Positions 1-8,682 of a DNA stretch of 35,284 nucleotides are shown piece by piece. Each line of letters starts with the position of its first letter. The stretch's first letter is position 1. A program made the position numbers and the translations under genes. This stretch comes from Thermomicrobiales bacterium (GTDB lineage Bacteria > Chloroflexota > Chloroflexia > Thermomicrobiales > UBA6265). Under the pieces are notes generated by a model. That model was given only the letters and a program-made list of their open reading frames with translations, did no database searches and had not been told where the DNA came from. Location: the NCBI GenBank assembly GCA_041743205.1, contig JBGTNF010000123.1:1-35284 (forward strand). Direction: 5' to 3'.

Positions 1-1271
1 CCGCGTTCGGCGTTGGCTCGGTGCTGCCGCACACGCTGGCCGCCCGCAAGGCGCCGGCCGTCATCCAGGCCACCGGGCCCCTCATCTACTGGGGCGGCCT
101 GATCTTCTCCGACGCCGCGAACCAGATGCTGACCGACACGATCACCCAGTGGGGATCGGATAACGGCGTCGACGTCGAAGTCGTGATGATCAATCAGAAC
201 GAAACCCAGCAGAAAGTGAGCGCCGCCGTCGAATCGGGCACCATGCCTGGCGCGCTCGACCTCGGGCTCGGTCTCGCGCAGCTGCTGAGCACCACCGGCG
301 AACTCCGCGATCTGGGAGCGCTGTACGACAAGATCGGCGCCGCCCAGGGCGGCTGGTTCGAATCGATCGATTCCGCCGTGGACCCGGCCCTGCTGGGCGG
401 CGCTCGCACGGGCGTGCCGTTCGGCTCCGGCGGCAACATCATCTTCCGCCGCCTCGACGTGCTGGAGGAGGCCGGCATCACGACTGCGCCGACCACCTGG
501 CAGGAAATGAGCGAGCAGGCGATCGCGGCCCAGCAACCCGGCGTCTACGGCCTCGGCCTGGCGCTCTCGAACGTCGGCGACGGCAACCTCCAGGCCTCGG
601 TGCTGCAGGCCTACGGCGGCCGCATCGCCGACGATGAGGGCGTTGCCTGCACGATCCGGTCGGAAGAAACCCGCGCCTACCTCGAATGGGTGACCGCCGC
701 CTTCGAGGCCGACGCCTTCCCGCCGGGGGCCACGACCTGGGACGGCGCCGGCGACAACACCGCCTATCTCTCCGGGCAGGCGATCTTCATCGCCAACCCC
801 GGCAGCGTCAGCATTGCCGCCCAAACCGACGATCCTGAACTGTTCGAGGCGACAGGCTACTCGGCGCTCCCGGCCGGACCGGTGATGACCGTGGCCCCGA
901 TCGGGCCGAACATCCGATCGATCCCGGCCACAACCGAGGACGTCGACACCGCCTCGGCGCTGATCGAGTTCCTGTCCCAGCCGGAGTTCCTCGGCGAGTA
1001 CTACAAGGTCGCCATTTACGGTCCCGTGCTCAAGGCGCAGGAGACGATGGAGGCCTTCGACATCCCGGTCCTTTCCGGCCAGCGCGACCTCGTGCTCAAC
1101 GGCACGGCTCCAGCCTTCCCGGACGTCAACAACGCCGCATTTGCCGATTTCGGCGCCAACTTCCTGGTCCCGAAAATGGTCCAGCGGATCGTGGTCGATG
1201 GCCGGACCATCGACGAGGCGATGGACGAAGCCCAAACCCAGGGCGACGCGATCTACGCCAAGTACGTCTGA
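1..1271 (+). CDS. Carbohydrate ABC transporter substrate-binding protein (5'-truncated by the window edge)
   Basis: The frame is open from the window start (AFGVGSVLPHTLAARKAPAVIQ resembles the end of a signal peptide). It has family-1 binding-protein features (PTTWQEM, YLSGQA) and lies directly upstream of two CUT1 permeases. Confidence 0.85.
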   Translation, partial: AFGVGSVLPHTLAARKAPAVIQATGPLIYWGGLIFSDAANQMLTDTITQWGSDNGVDVEVVMINQNETQQKVSAAVESGTMPGALDLGLGLAQLLSTTGELRDLGALYDKIGAAQGGWFESIDSAVDPALLGGARTGVPFGSGGNIIFRRLDVLEEAGITTAPTTWQEMSEQAIAAQQPGVYGLGLALSNVGDGNLQASVLQAYGGRIADDEGVACTIRSEETRAYLEWVTAAFEADAFPPGATTWDGAGDNTAYLSGQAIFIANPGSVSIAAQTDDPELFEATGYSALPAGPVMTVAPIGPNIRSIPATTEDVDTASALIEFLSQPEFLGEYYKVAIYGPVLKAQETMEAFDIPVLSGQRDLVLNGTAPAFPDVNNAAFADFGANFLVPKMVQRIVVDGRTIDEAMDEAQTQGDAIYAKYV

Positions 1272-1284
1272 CTGACTCGTTCGC

Positions 1285-1313
1285 TCAGGGCCCGCCTCGA
1301 TGGCGGGCCCTGA
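1285..1313 (+). terminator. 12-bp stem-loop after the binding-protein gene (mRNA stabiliser or partial terminator)
   Basis: TCAGGGCCCGCC-TCGAT-GGCGGGCCCTGA is a perfect inverted repeat with no U-tract, in the usual position between binding-protein and permease genes. Confidence 0.6.
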
Positions 1314-1361
1314 CGATGTTCCAGAACCCGGCGCTGCCAGGCGATGTCATCGGAGTACGCA

Positions 1362-2282
1362 ATGTCCATCCTGGTCAAACCGGAGTCACTCAGGACCTCG
1401 GGCGGACCGCGCCTGACGCTCGCCAGCCGGCAGGCCATGATCGGGTACCTGCTCGTCATCCCGGCCCTGTTCCTGCTGCTCGGCCTGGTCGCCTACCCCT
1501 TCTTCTTCGCGATCAGCATTTCGTTCACCGACCGCCTGGTGGGACAGGACGGGGCCTGGGTGGGCCTCGACAACTTTCGCTACCTGATGAACAACCCGAG
1601 CTTTCTGAAGACGATCCAGAACACGATCATCATGGTCGTCGTCTCCGACATCCTGAAGCTCTTCATCGGGCTCGGGCTGGCAATGCTGCTCAACCAGGCG
1701 GTGCGGGGCCGCGGCCTGATGCGGGCCGTGATCATGCTGCCGTGGGCGATGCCGGGGTTCGTGGCCTTCCTCGTCTGGAAACTCCTCTACATGCCGATCG
1801 GCGGCGCCTTCAACCAGATCCTGACCCGGACCGGCATCTACCCCGAGATCATCGACTACCTCGGCCAGAAATCGACGGCGCTGCCGGCGGTAATCGTGGC
1901 CACGACCTGGCGCGGGTTCCCGTTCTGGGCGATCTCGTTCCTCGCCGCGCTCCAGGGCGTGCCCGGCGAGCTCTACGAAGCGGCCAAGGTCGATGGCGCG
2001 TCGAGCTGGCAGCGGTTCTGGGACATTACGTTGCCCAGCATCCGGCCCGTGATCCTGATCGTAACCCTGATGTCGTCGATCTGGACCGCGAACAGCTTCG
2101 AGAACATCTGGATCATGACCCAGGGCGGCCCGTCCGACGCGACGATGGTCTTCCCGGTGCTGGCCTACTTCGGGATGCAGACCCAGCGGCTGGGCGAAGC
2201 GGCCGCCGTCTCGGTGGCGATGATCCCCGCCCTGCTCATCCTCGTCTTCTTCGTCACCTGGCTCATCCAGGAGGATGACTGA
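1362..2282 (+). CDS. Carbohydrate ABC transporter permease (MalF/UgpA-like)
   Basis: Multiple hydrophobic helices, WVGLDNF, EAA loop LYEAAKVDGASSWQRF and MTQGGP. GGAG precedes ATG 1362. Confidence 0.9.
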   Translation: MSILVKPESLRTSGGPRLTLASRQAMIGYLLVIPALFLLLGLVAYPFFFAISISFTDRLVGQDGAWVGLDNFRYLMNNPSFLKTIQNTIIMVVVSDILKLFIGLGLAMLLNQAVRGRGLMRAVIMLPWAMPGFVAFLVWKLLYMPIGGAFNQILTRTGIYPEIIDYLGQKSTALPAVIVATTWRGFPFWAISFLAALQGVPGELYEAAKVDGASSWQRFWDITLPSIRPVILIVTLMSSIWTANSFENIWIMTQGGPSDATMVFPVLAYFGMQTQRLGEAAAVSVAMIPALLILVFFVTWLIQEDD

Positions 2283-2324
2283 TGGCTAGTCACGCAGCAT
2301 CCCCCGAGTTCATCACCCTCATGT

Positions 2325-2351
2325 TGCCATTCCGAGCTTGCGAGGAATCTC
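2325..2351 (+). repeat. CGTC/TGTC-family REP-like palindrome (degenerate tag)
   Basis: TGCC-ATTCC-GAGCTTGCGA-GGAAT-CTC has the same architecture as the element at 29279-29307. Confidence 0.5.
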
Positions 2352-2385
2352 CCGCCGAAGGCGGTACCGGCCTTTGCGGCGCGAA

Positions 2386-2411
2386 GGGAGGCCACACAGG
2401 GCCTCCCCTAC
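2386..2411 (-). repeat. GTAG-tagged REP element
   Basis: The minus strand reads GTAG-GGGAGGCC-CTGTGT-GGCCTCCC, a GTAG tag followed by an 8-bp perfect stem. Confidence 0.7.
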
Positions 2412-2439
2412 GAAGCGTGCGCGAAAGGGAAGTACGCTA

Positions 2440-3348
2440 GTGGCCACCACGACCTCCACCTCGCGACCGGCCGGGACCGGTTCCAGCGCGCACGCCTTCA
2501 GCACGGACCGGCGGCGGACGACGACCCGCAACCTGATGTCGCTCTTCGCCGTCTACGGCTTGATGCTGCTCGTGGCCGCCGCCGTAATCTTCCCGATCTA
2601 CTGGATGTTCTCGATTTCGCTCAAGCTGCCGCGGGAAATCTACCGGATTCCGGCGCTGGTTCCCCAAAACCCGACGCTCGACAACTACCGCGAGCTCATC
2701 AACGAACGCGGCTTCCTGACCAACATTCGCAACAGCCTGATCATCGCGTCAAGCGTGACCGTCGTCTCGCTGTTGATCTCGTCGTTCGCGGCCTACAGCA
2801 TCGTCCGCTTCCGCTACCGGTTCCGGGGCTTCGTCGGCCGCCTAATCCTGCTCACGTACCTCACGCCGGGATCGCTGCTCTTCATCCCGCTCTCGATCAT
2901 CGTCGCCAGGCTGGGCATCGGTAATTCGCTCTACGGCCTGGTCATCCTTTACCTGACGTTCTCGATCCCCCTCAGCACCTGGCTGCTCTCCGGCTACTTC
3001 CGGAGCGTGCCGCCCGATCTCGAAGAACAGGCGATGGTCGACGGCACGACCCAGCTCGGCGCATTGTTCCGGATCCTGCTGCCGCTTTCGCTGCCGGGTC
3101 TTGCGGCGGTCGGCATCTTCACCTTCACGGCGGCCTGGAACGAGCTGCTCTTCGCGCTGATCTTCATCACGTCGGAAGATTTGCGAACGGTGCCGCTTGG
3201 CATTCAGTACCTGATCACGGGCGACGTACTGCTCTGGGGGCCGATCATGGCCGGGGCCGTGCTGGCCGCGCTGCCGGTGATGGTCCTCTACTTCCTGGCC
3301 CAACGATTCATGGTCCAGGGCATGACGGCCGGTTCGGTCAAGGGGTAG
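2440..3348 (+). CDS. Carbohydrate ABC transporter permease (MalG/UgpE-like)
   Basis: PTLDNY, NSLIIA, EAA-like loop LEEQAMVDG, AWNELLFAL and C-terminal GMTAGSVKG. The start is placed at GTG 2440 after a purine-rich RBS and is uncertain. Confidence 0.9.
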   Translation: MATTTSTSRPAGTGSSAHAFSTDRRRTTTRNLMSLFAVYGLMLLVAAAVIFPIYWMFSISLKLPREIYRIPALVPQNPTLDNYRELINERGFLTNIRNSLIIASSVTVVSLLISSFAAYSIVRFRYRFRGFVGRLILLTYLTPGSLLFIPLSIIVARLGIGNSLYGLVILYLTFSIPLSTWLLSGYFRSVPPDLEEQAMVDGTTQLGALFRILLPLSLPGLAAVGIFTFTAAWNELLFALIFITSEDLRTVPLGIQYLITGDVLLWGPIMAGAVLAALPVMVLYFLAQRFMVQGMTAGSVKG

Positions 3349-3574
3349 CGCATTTCGCGCGAAGCACCGAGTTGGAGCGGCACGGAAAGACCGTAACTCG
3401 ACTCCGGCCCGGTTGTCCCGACTGGGCAAGTGTCTTTCGTTCTGATATGCGTCCGTGGGCCACACGATGGAAATCACGATCACTGGCATGTTACTTTATG
3501 AAAACGTCGACTCCACCTCATCGAAGAAGAACCCACCGAGCTAGTGATCTGGCAACGACGACTGGAATGCCCAC

Positions 3575-3979
3575 ATGCCTGTAACGCTCATGAGCCCTGA
3601 TGAACTCTTCAAGACCGATATGTACCGACATGTGGCAATCGCCTCGGGTACCCGCCATGTGTACATTGCCGGTCAGGTCGCCCGCGATGCGGACGGGAAC
3701 CCGGTGGCGACAGACGATTTTGCGGGTCAGGTGGCACAGGCCTACCGCAATGTCGCCCTCGCGCTCTCCGCGGCTGGAGCGACCTTCGACGATGTCGTTC
3801 GACTAACGATGTACGTGGTCGACTGGAAACCCGAAATGGCAACAGGCCTTGACGCTGGCATGAAAGCGGTCGCCGAGGAACTGCATATCTCGCTGGCCCC
3901 GATCACCGTGATCGGTGTTGCTGCCCTGTTCGCGCCAGATCTGATGGTGGAGATCGAGGCAACCGCCGTGGTCGACTGA
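3575..3979 (+). CDS. RidA/YjgF/UK114 family protein
   Basis: Motifs VYIAGQV, AGATFDDVV and MVEIEATA. Confidence 0.85.
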   Translation: MPVTLMSPDELFKTDMYRHVAIASGTRHVYIAGQVARDADGNPVATDDFAGQVAQAYRNVALALSAAGATFDDVVRLTMYVVDWKPEMATGLDAGMKAVAEELHISLAPITVIGVAALFAPDLMVEIEATAVVD

Positions 3980-4292
3980 TCGACGCTACGACACCGGTAA
4001 ATGAAGGCCCCGGCGCGCCCGAGCCAATGTCGAACCGGACCATTGACGCCAGGCCGGGCTCGTCATTCTGTCCCTGGAATCCGCTTCCGGGACAGCCCAG
4101 CAATGGTGCCTTCCGGCACCTTTTCTCATCAGTCCTCCGAAGGCATGCGGATCGCACGTGTGTAGTCGTTTGGAAAGGCCCGCAGGCATCAATTGCGGAC
4201 TACCGCAATCCGGGATTCCGTTCGATTGACTAGGCGAACCGAGACAGAGTCCGAAATGGTCGATGGTGGTTCCAAAGCAACTCGCACAATAC

Positions 4293-4327
4293 TTGCGAAA
4301 AGCGTAACCCATGGGTTACGCTTTTCG
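4293..4327 (+). promoter_or_regulatory. Promoter overlapped by a perfect 32-bp palindrome (ArsR-type operator)
   Basis: CGAAAAGCGTAACCCA|TGGGTTACGCTTTTCG at 4296-4327; -35 TTGCGA 4293-4298; -10 TACGCT 4317-4322; ATG at 4329. Confidence 0.75.
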
Positions 4328-4328
4328 G

Positions 4329-4724
4329 ATGGACGTGTACGCCGCGCTCGCCGATCCGGTTCGCCGCGAGATCCTCGAAATCCTCAATGCAACGCCGCTT
4401 ACGGCGGGTCAGCTTGCCGACCGGTTTCCCATCAGCCGGCCAGCTGTGAGTCGCCATCTCAGGGTCCTGCGCGAGGCGGGAGTGGTGGCGGTTGTGCCCT
4501 CGGGCCGCGAGCGGGTGTACCGGGTCGAGCCAGGAGCGCTTACGGAGATCGATGGCTGGCTGGCCCAGTTCCGGGATGTGTGGGGCAGCCGGTTCGACGC
4601 CCTCGAAACGGAAGTGTTCCGAACCCGGCGCGAACGCGAGCGTAGTGAGCAAGCGGTGGCCAACCGGGATGGACGATCCACGGAAGCGGAACCGACTTCT
4701 CTTCAGGAGGAAGCAAGCGCATGA
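4329..4724 (+). CDS. ArsR/SmtB family transcriptional regulator
   Basis: AALADPVRREIL and ISRPAVSRHLRVLREAG helix-turn-helix; ATGA overlap with the SRPBCC gene. Confidence 0.92.
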   Translation: MDVYAALADPVRREILEILNATPLTAGQLADRFPISRPAVSRHLRVLREAGVVAVVPSGRERVYRVEPGALTEIDGWLAQFRDVWGSRFDALETEVFRTRRERERSEQAVANRDGRSTEAEPTSLQEEASA

Positions 4725-5242
4725 GCATTCCGGCAACCGGCCGTGTCGAATCCATTGGAAGCGGCCATGACATCGTCATCGAACGCACGTTCCGGGCGCC
4801 GATCGGCGACGTGTGGGCCAGCATCGTCGATCCCGAGCGCATGAACCGCTGGGTGGGCACGTGGTCGGGTGAGGCCGGCGTCGGGAAGCGCGTGTCGTTC
4901 ACCATGACCGCCGAGGAGGGCGCCACGCCCGAAGACGTGTTGATCCACGGTTGCGACGCGCCCCGGCGCCTCGATGTCGAATCGTTCCAGGCCGGGACGT
5001 CCTGGCGCATGTCAGTCGAGCTTGCGGAGTCCAGCGGCGTGACCACGCTCGTGTTTCGCCAAAGCGTCGCCCTCAGCGACGAAGGCGCCAGCAGCTACGG
5101 TCCCGGCTGGGAGTACTACCTCGACCGTCTCGTGGCCGTTCACGGGGAAACGCCGTTCGCCAGCTGGGATGATTATTACCCGGCGCAGGTTCCCTACTGG
5201 GAGGCGCAGTTGCGCGAGGCCGGGGCCGGGACGGCATCCTGA
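4721..5242 (+). CDS. SRPBCC/AHSA1-like domain protein
   Basis: IERTFRAPIGDVWASIVDPERMNRW and GPGWEYYLDRL; usual partner of ArsR genes. Confidence 0.85.
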   Translation: MSIPATGRVESIGSGHDIVIERTFRAPIGDVWASIVDPERMNRWVGTWSGEAGVGKRVSFTMTAEEGATPEDVLIHGCDAPRRLDVESFQAGTSWRMSVELAESSGVTTLVFRQSVALSDEGASSYGPGWEYYLDRLVAVHGETPFASWDDYYPAQVPYWEAQLREAGAGTAS

Positions 5243-5306
5243 ACTGTCGCCTGTGCAATTGGCATCGGTGACGCTCGGGATTGGCGGCACGCAGGCTCCC
5301 CGTCGC

Positions 5307-5987
5307 TCAGGTTGCGCGATCGTGAGCCGGAGTGGCGAGCACCCTGGTCGCCCTCCATTGACGGGCAGCGTTGCCGAGGGTCACCACGACCCAGCTGAAA
5401 ACGATGAACCCGGCCGAGATCGCGACCACGTAGGCACCGACCATCGCCCAGCCGTCCTCGCGTGGATCGAGGAACGGGTAGGGGTACCAGTCCGCAAACG
5501 GCCCACGCAGCAGCGAGACGGCGCAGAACGCGAGCGGGTAGAGCGTCCACAGCAGCGCGCGTTTGAAGGCCAGCCGATGCTGGGGCGGCGAGATCAGCCA
5601 GTCGAGCAGGAGCACGATCGGCATCAGCTGGTGCAGCACGTCGCTCGCCCATTGGTAGTTGTAGGAGATGCCGGTGTCGTTGGCGCTCGTCGGCAACACG
5701 GCATGCACGATGCCGGTGGTGGCCAGCCAGGTCACCACGGCGCCTCGAAGCAGATCCCAGACGGGGGTGTCCATCTGGTTGGTCCACAATCGCCAGGCCC
5801 CGGCCAGCAGCACGACCGCCGCCAGGAAATTGCTCTGGTAGGTGAAGAGGAAGAAGAAGTCGCCGGCTCCCAGGAATGGATCGTCGAAGCTCCGGGTGTA
5901 CTGGGCCACGATTGCGACAAGCGTGAGCAGCGCAAACGCGACTCGCGCTATGGCGGTGAACCTGTCCGTAATCGGGGTCCGTTCCAT
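5307..5987 (-). CDS. Pr6Pr family (FAR-17a/AIG1-like) membrane protein
   Basis: FTYQSN, LHQLMP..LDW and WYPYPFLDP motifs; about 6 TM segments; GAGG before ATG 5987. Confidence 0.75.
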   Translation of the reverse strand: MERTPITDRFTAIARVAFALLTLVAIVAQYTRSFDDPFLGAGDFFFLFTYQSNFLAAVVLLAGAWRLWTNQMDTPVWDLLRGAVVTWLATTGIVHAVLPTSANDTGISYNYQWASDVLHQLMPIVLLLDWLISPPQHRLAFKRALLWTLYPLAFCAVSLLRGPFADWYPYPFLDPREDGWAMVGAYVVAISAGFIVFSWVVVTLGNAARQWRATRVLATPAHDRAT

Positions 5988-6012
5988 GTCGCCGTTTCCT
6001 CGCAAGAGCCGG

Positions 6013-6672
6013 TCAGGTCGCCGGCCGGGCGCCGGTCGATCGCTCCGACCACCAGTCCCGCGCGTTGTTGCCGGCGGTGACGAGCGCCCAGATGATGCCC
6101 ATGAACAGCACCGCGATGCCGAGCGAGTAGGCGACGATCCCGCCGTAACCGCCTACCGAGTCCGGATTGAAGAACGGGTAGGGATACCAGTCGGCGATCG
6201 GTCCCCGGATCAACGAGTAGACGCAGTACGCCAGCGGGAAGATCATCCAGACGAGCGCCTGGCGGATCGTCAAGCGGTGGCGCGGCGGACTGATCACCCA
6301 ATCGAGCACCATCACGATGGGCATGAACTGGTGCAGCACGAAGTTGACCCACGGCTCGGTGAGGTCCAGGTTGTCGTCGAGACCCGAGAGTAGGGCCGCG
6401 AAAACGATAAAGGTCGTTGTCATGTAGGCGGCGACCGCGCCCCGAAACAGCTCCCAGCCCGGCGTCGGCTCCTGGCCTCGCAGCGCGAACGTGGCTCCGG
6501 CCAGCAGGACGACCACAGTCAGCAAATTGCTTTCGATGGTGAAGAAACTCAGGAAGTTAAGGACGCTGGCATCATTTCGGGTGACACCAATCCAGAGTTG
6601 GGCCACGATCGCCGACAACGTCAGCGGTCCCAGGGCAATGCGCAGATACTGATACCAGGGTTCCCTGACCAC
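6013..6672 (-). CDS. Pr6Pr family (FAR-17a/AIG1-like) membrane protein, tandem paralogue
   Basis: FFTIESN, LHQFMP..LDW and WYPYPFFNP motifs. Start is GTG 6672 or ATG 6726. Confidence 0.75.
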   Translation of the reverse strand: MVREPWYQYLRIALGPLTLSAIVAQLWIGVTRNDASVLNFLSFFTIESNLLTVVVLLAGATFALRGQEPTPGWELFRGAVAAYMTTTFIVFAALLSGLDDNLDLTEPWVNFVLHQFMPIVMVLDWVISPPRHRLTIRQALVWMIFPLAYCVYSLIRGPIADWYPYPFFNPDSVGGYGGIVAYSLGIAVLFMGIIWALVTAGNNARDWWSERSTGARPAT

Positions 6673-6873
6673 GTCTGTCCCTTCGCCTTCGCCGTCCGCA
6701 ATGCCGCCCGTCGGTTTCGGCATCATACATGAGGCACGACCTCGCGTGCTGCATTCCAGCGGCGCCGACTGGAATCATCGGGGAAGGGAACCGCATCGAC
6801 ACTTGCACGCTGCACTAATGTTGTTGGGAGAGATCATTCCCGCGCCGCGCCTGCATGTCACGGAGCCGTTGCC

Positions 6874-7575
6874 ATGACCGAACCAATCAGCAAGCGAACC
6901 CACGAACCGCCGGCCTTCCTGTTCGACCTGGATGGGACGCTGATCGACAGCATCTACCAGCATGTGGTTGCCTGGAAACGCGCGCTGGAATCGTGCGGCG
7001 TGCACCTCGCAGTCTGGAAGATCCACCGCCGGATCGGCATGAGCGGCGGCCTCTTCTTGAATGCCCTGTTGCGCGAGCTGGGCCACCCGCTGGACCCGGA
7101 GCAAACCCGGAAGATGCAGGTGCTTCACGGCGATTTCTTCGCCGAGATCGCCGATCAGGTTCGCCCGCTGCCGGGCGCCATCGACCTGCTGCACACGCTC
7201 ACCGAAATGGACGTGCCGTGGGCGATCGCCACCAGCGGACACATGCGCAGCGCTCGCCACGGTCTGGAGATGCTTGGCGTACTCGACGGTCCGGCCCCAA
7301 TCGTCACCCGTGATCTCGTTCGCTACGCCAAGCCCGACCCCGATCTCTTTCTGGCGGCTGCGGAAAAGTTGGGCCACCCGATCCAGAACTCGTGGGTTAT
7401 CGGCGATTCAATCTGGGACCTGCTGGCCGCCCAGCGGGCCCGGGCGCTCGGCATCGGCGTCCGCTCCGGCGGCTACGGGGGCGACGAACTTCGGGAAGCC
7501 GGCGCGTTCCGGGTCTACGACGACCCAGCGGACATCCTGCGTCACCTCGATGAACTTGGCGTTCGGGCAACCTGA
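6874..7575 (+). CDS. HAD superfamily hydrolase
   Basis: Motif I FDLDGTLIDS, IATS, KPDPDLF and IGDSIWD. Confidence 0.9.
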   Translation: MTEPISKRTHEPPAFLFDLDGTLIDSIYQHVVAWKRALESCGVHLAVWKIHRRIGMSGGLFLNALLRELGHPLDPEQTRKMQVLHGDFFAEIADQVRPLPGAIDLLHTLTEMDVPWAIATSGHMRSARHGLEMLGVLDGPAPIVTRDLVRYAKPDPDLFLAAAEKLGHPIQNSWVIGDSIWDLLAAQRARALGIGVRSGGYGGDELREAGAFRVYDDPADILRHLDELGVRAT

Positions 7576-7584
7576 ACCGTGGCG

Positions 7585-8022
7585 CTACCCCGGTTCGTCA
7601 GTCCGACTCCATAAATGGCGTGATGAGCGCATCGCCTTGACCACAGTCAATTCGCCGGCCGAAGCCAATGCCCGGTACTCCTCCGTCTCGCGACCGTAAA
7701 GGGCAACTCGACCCTGCGGATCGTGATGAATGCCCCAGCCGTACTTCTTGCCGAGGTCGGATGCCCGCAGGCAGGGGCGTCCCTTCGAGAAGAACTCCTT
7801 CCGGGCTGCCGCGCGATCGCCCTCGGGAATGTCTTGCCGGTCCGCCCACACCGTGAAGATCACATCGTCCGATGTGTTCTCGTACGGGCGTTCGGCGATG
7901 AGTCGCCAGGTTCTTGAGGTCACGGACGGGTTTTCTGGCTTCTCGGGCGGCGCCACGCCCATCGTCGCCGTCGAGTCCTCGGCAATGGTGATGAAGGTGT
8001 CGGAATAATTGGTCGTATGCAT
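7585..8022 (-). CDS. DUF6157 family protein
   Basis: MHTTNY..TFI..AED, FFSKG.PCLRAS.L.KKYGWGIH and KAMRSSR match the family pattern as recalled. GGAGGGAG RBS precedes ATG 8022. Confidence 0.7.
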   Translation of the reverse strand: MHTTNYSDTFITIAEDSTATMGVAPPEKPENPSVTSRTWRLIAERPYENTSDDVIFTVWADRQDIPEGDRAAARKEFFSKGRPCLRASDLGKKYGWGIHHDPQGRVALYGRETEEYRALASAGELTVVKAMRSSRHLWSRTDEPG

Positions 8023-8058
8023 CGGTCGGCTCCCTCCATGTTCGCAAACAATGGCCCG

Positions 8059-8087
8059 ATTATGCCAAAAGAACATATGTTCTACAA
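8059..8087 (-). promoter_or_regulatory. Sigma70-type promoter containing a LexA (Cheo-type) box
   Basis: Minus strand: -35 TTGTAG, 17 nt, extended -10 TG-G-CATAAT. AGAACATATGTTCT (8070-8083, GAAC-N4-GTTC) fills the spacer. Confidence 0.7.
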
Positions 8088-8104
8088 TACGTCCGCGGCG
8101 CTGA

Positions 8105-8566
8105 TCACGATCGGCGCCGCGTGATGGTCAGCGATTCGCCATCGACCGTCCGTTCGAGACGGCGGCGGATGGAGCCGCCGATCCGGCCCGCCTGGACCTT
8201 GACCTGGATCGCCTTGGGGCCGATGAACAGGTCATCGACCGTCGCCTCCCAGATGTCGAGCCAGCGCTGGAAGTGCATCGACGTCAGCGGTTCGCGAATG
8301 TGCAGGGCCAGATGTACGTCGAAGGCGTTGCCTTGGTAGAGCCCGGCCTGGAAGAGAACGGTTTCCCAGAAGTCGCACATCGTTGGCAGGTGCGCATCGA
8401 GGTCCATCTTCGCGATATCGATGAAGATCGGCCCGAGCACGGGATCGGCGAAGGCCCGCGTGTAGAACCCGGACACGAGCGTCGCAATGTCCTGCCGGTC
8501 ACGCAGATCGCGGCGGGTGGGGTCGACGGCAGGCGTGGGCAGGTTGTTGCGGGTGGCGTCGTTCAT
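8105..8566 (-). CDS. Group III truncated haemoglobin (trHbP)
   Basis: DI..LV..FY....[21 protein letters not shown] and HFQRWL..W..TVD.LF.G. Confidence 0.85.
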   Translation of the reverse strand: MNDATRNNLPTPAVDPTRRDLRDRQDIATLVSGFYTRAFADPVLGPIFIDIAKMDLDAHLPTMCDFWETVLFQAGLYQGNAFDVHLALHIREPLTSMHFQRWLDIWEATVDDLFIGPKAIQVKVQAGRIGGSIRRRLERTVDGESLTITRRRS

Positions 8567-8682
8567 GGATCCAGTGTACGAGACAAGTGCTTATGTCCGG
8601 TTTGGTACAGTTAGGCCACGCTGCGGCCCCTCCTGAAGAACGGGTCGGCACGGTGGCGGTCCTCCTCTGCCGTGATTCGCCG

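Noticed and set aside
3980-4290. Several short hairpins in the RidA-ArsR gap suggesting an sRNA or riboswitch
   Set aside because: No recognisable riboswitch consensus or promoter, and short stems are expected at this GC content.
4781-4792. Second GAAC-N4-GTTC match
   Set aside because: It lies inside the SRPBCC coding sequence, has a GC-rich spacer and no promoter context, so it is probably chance.
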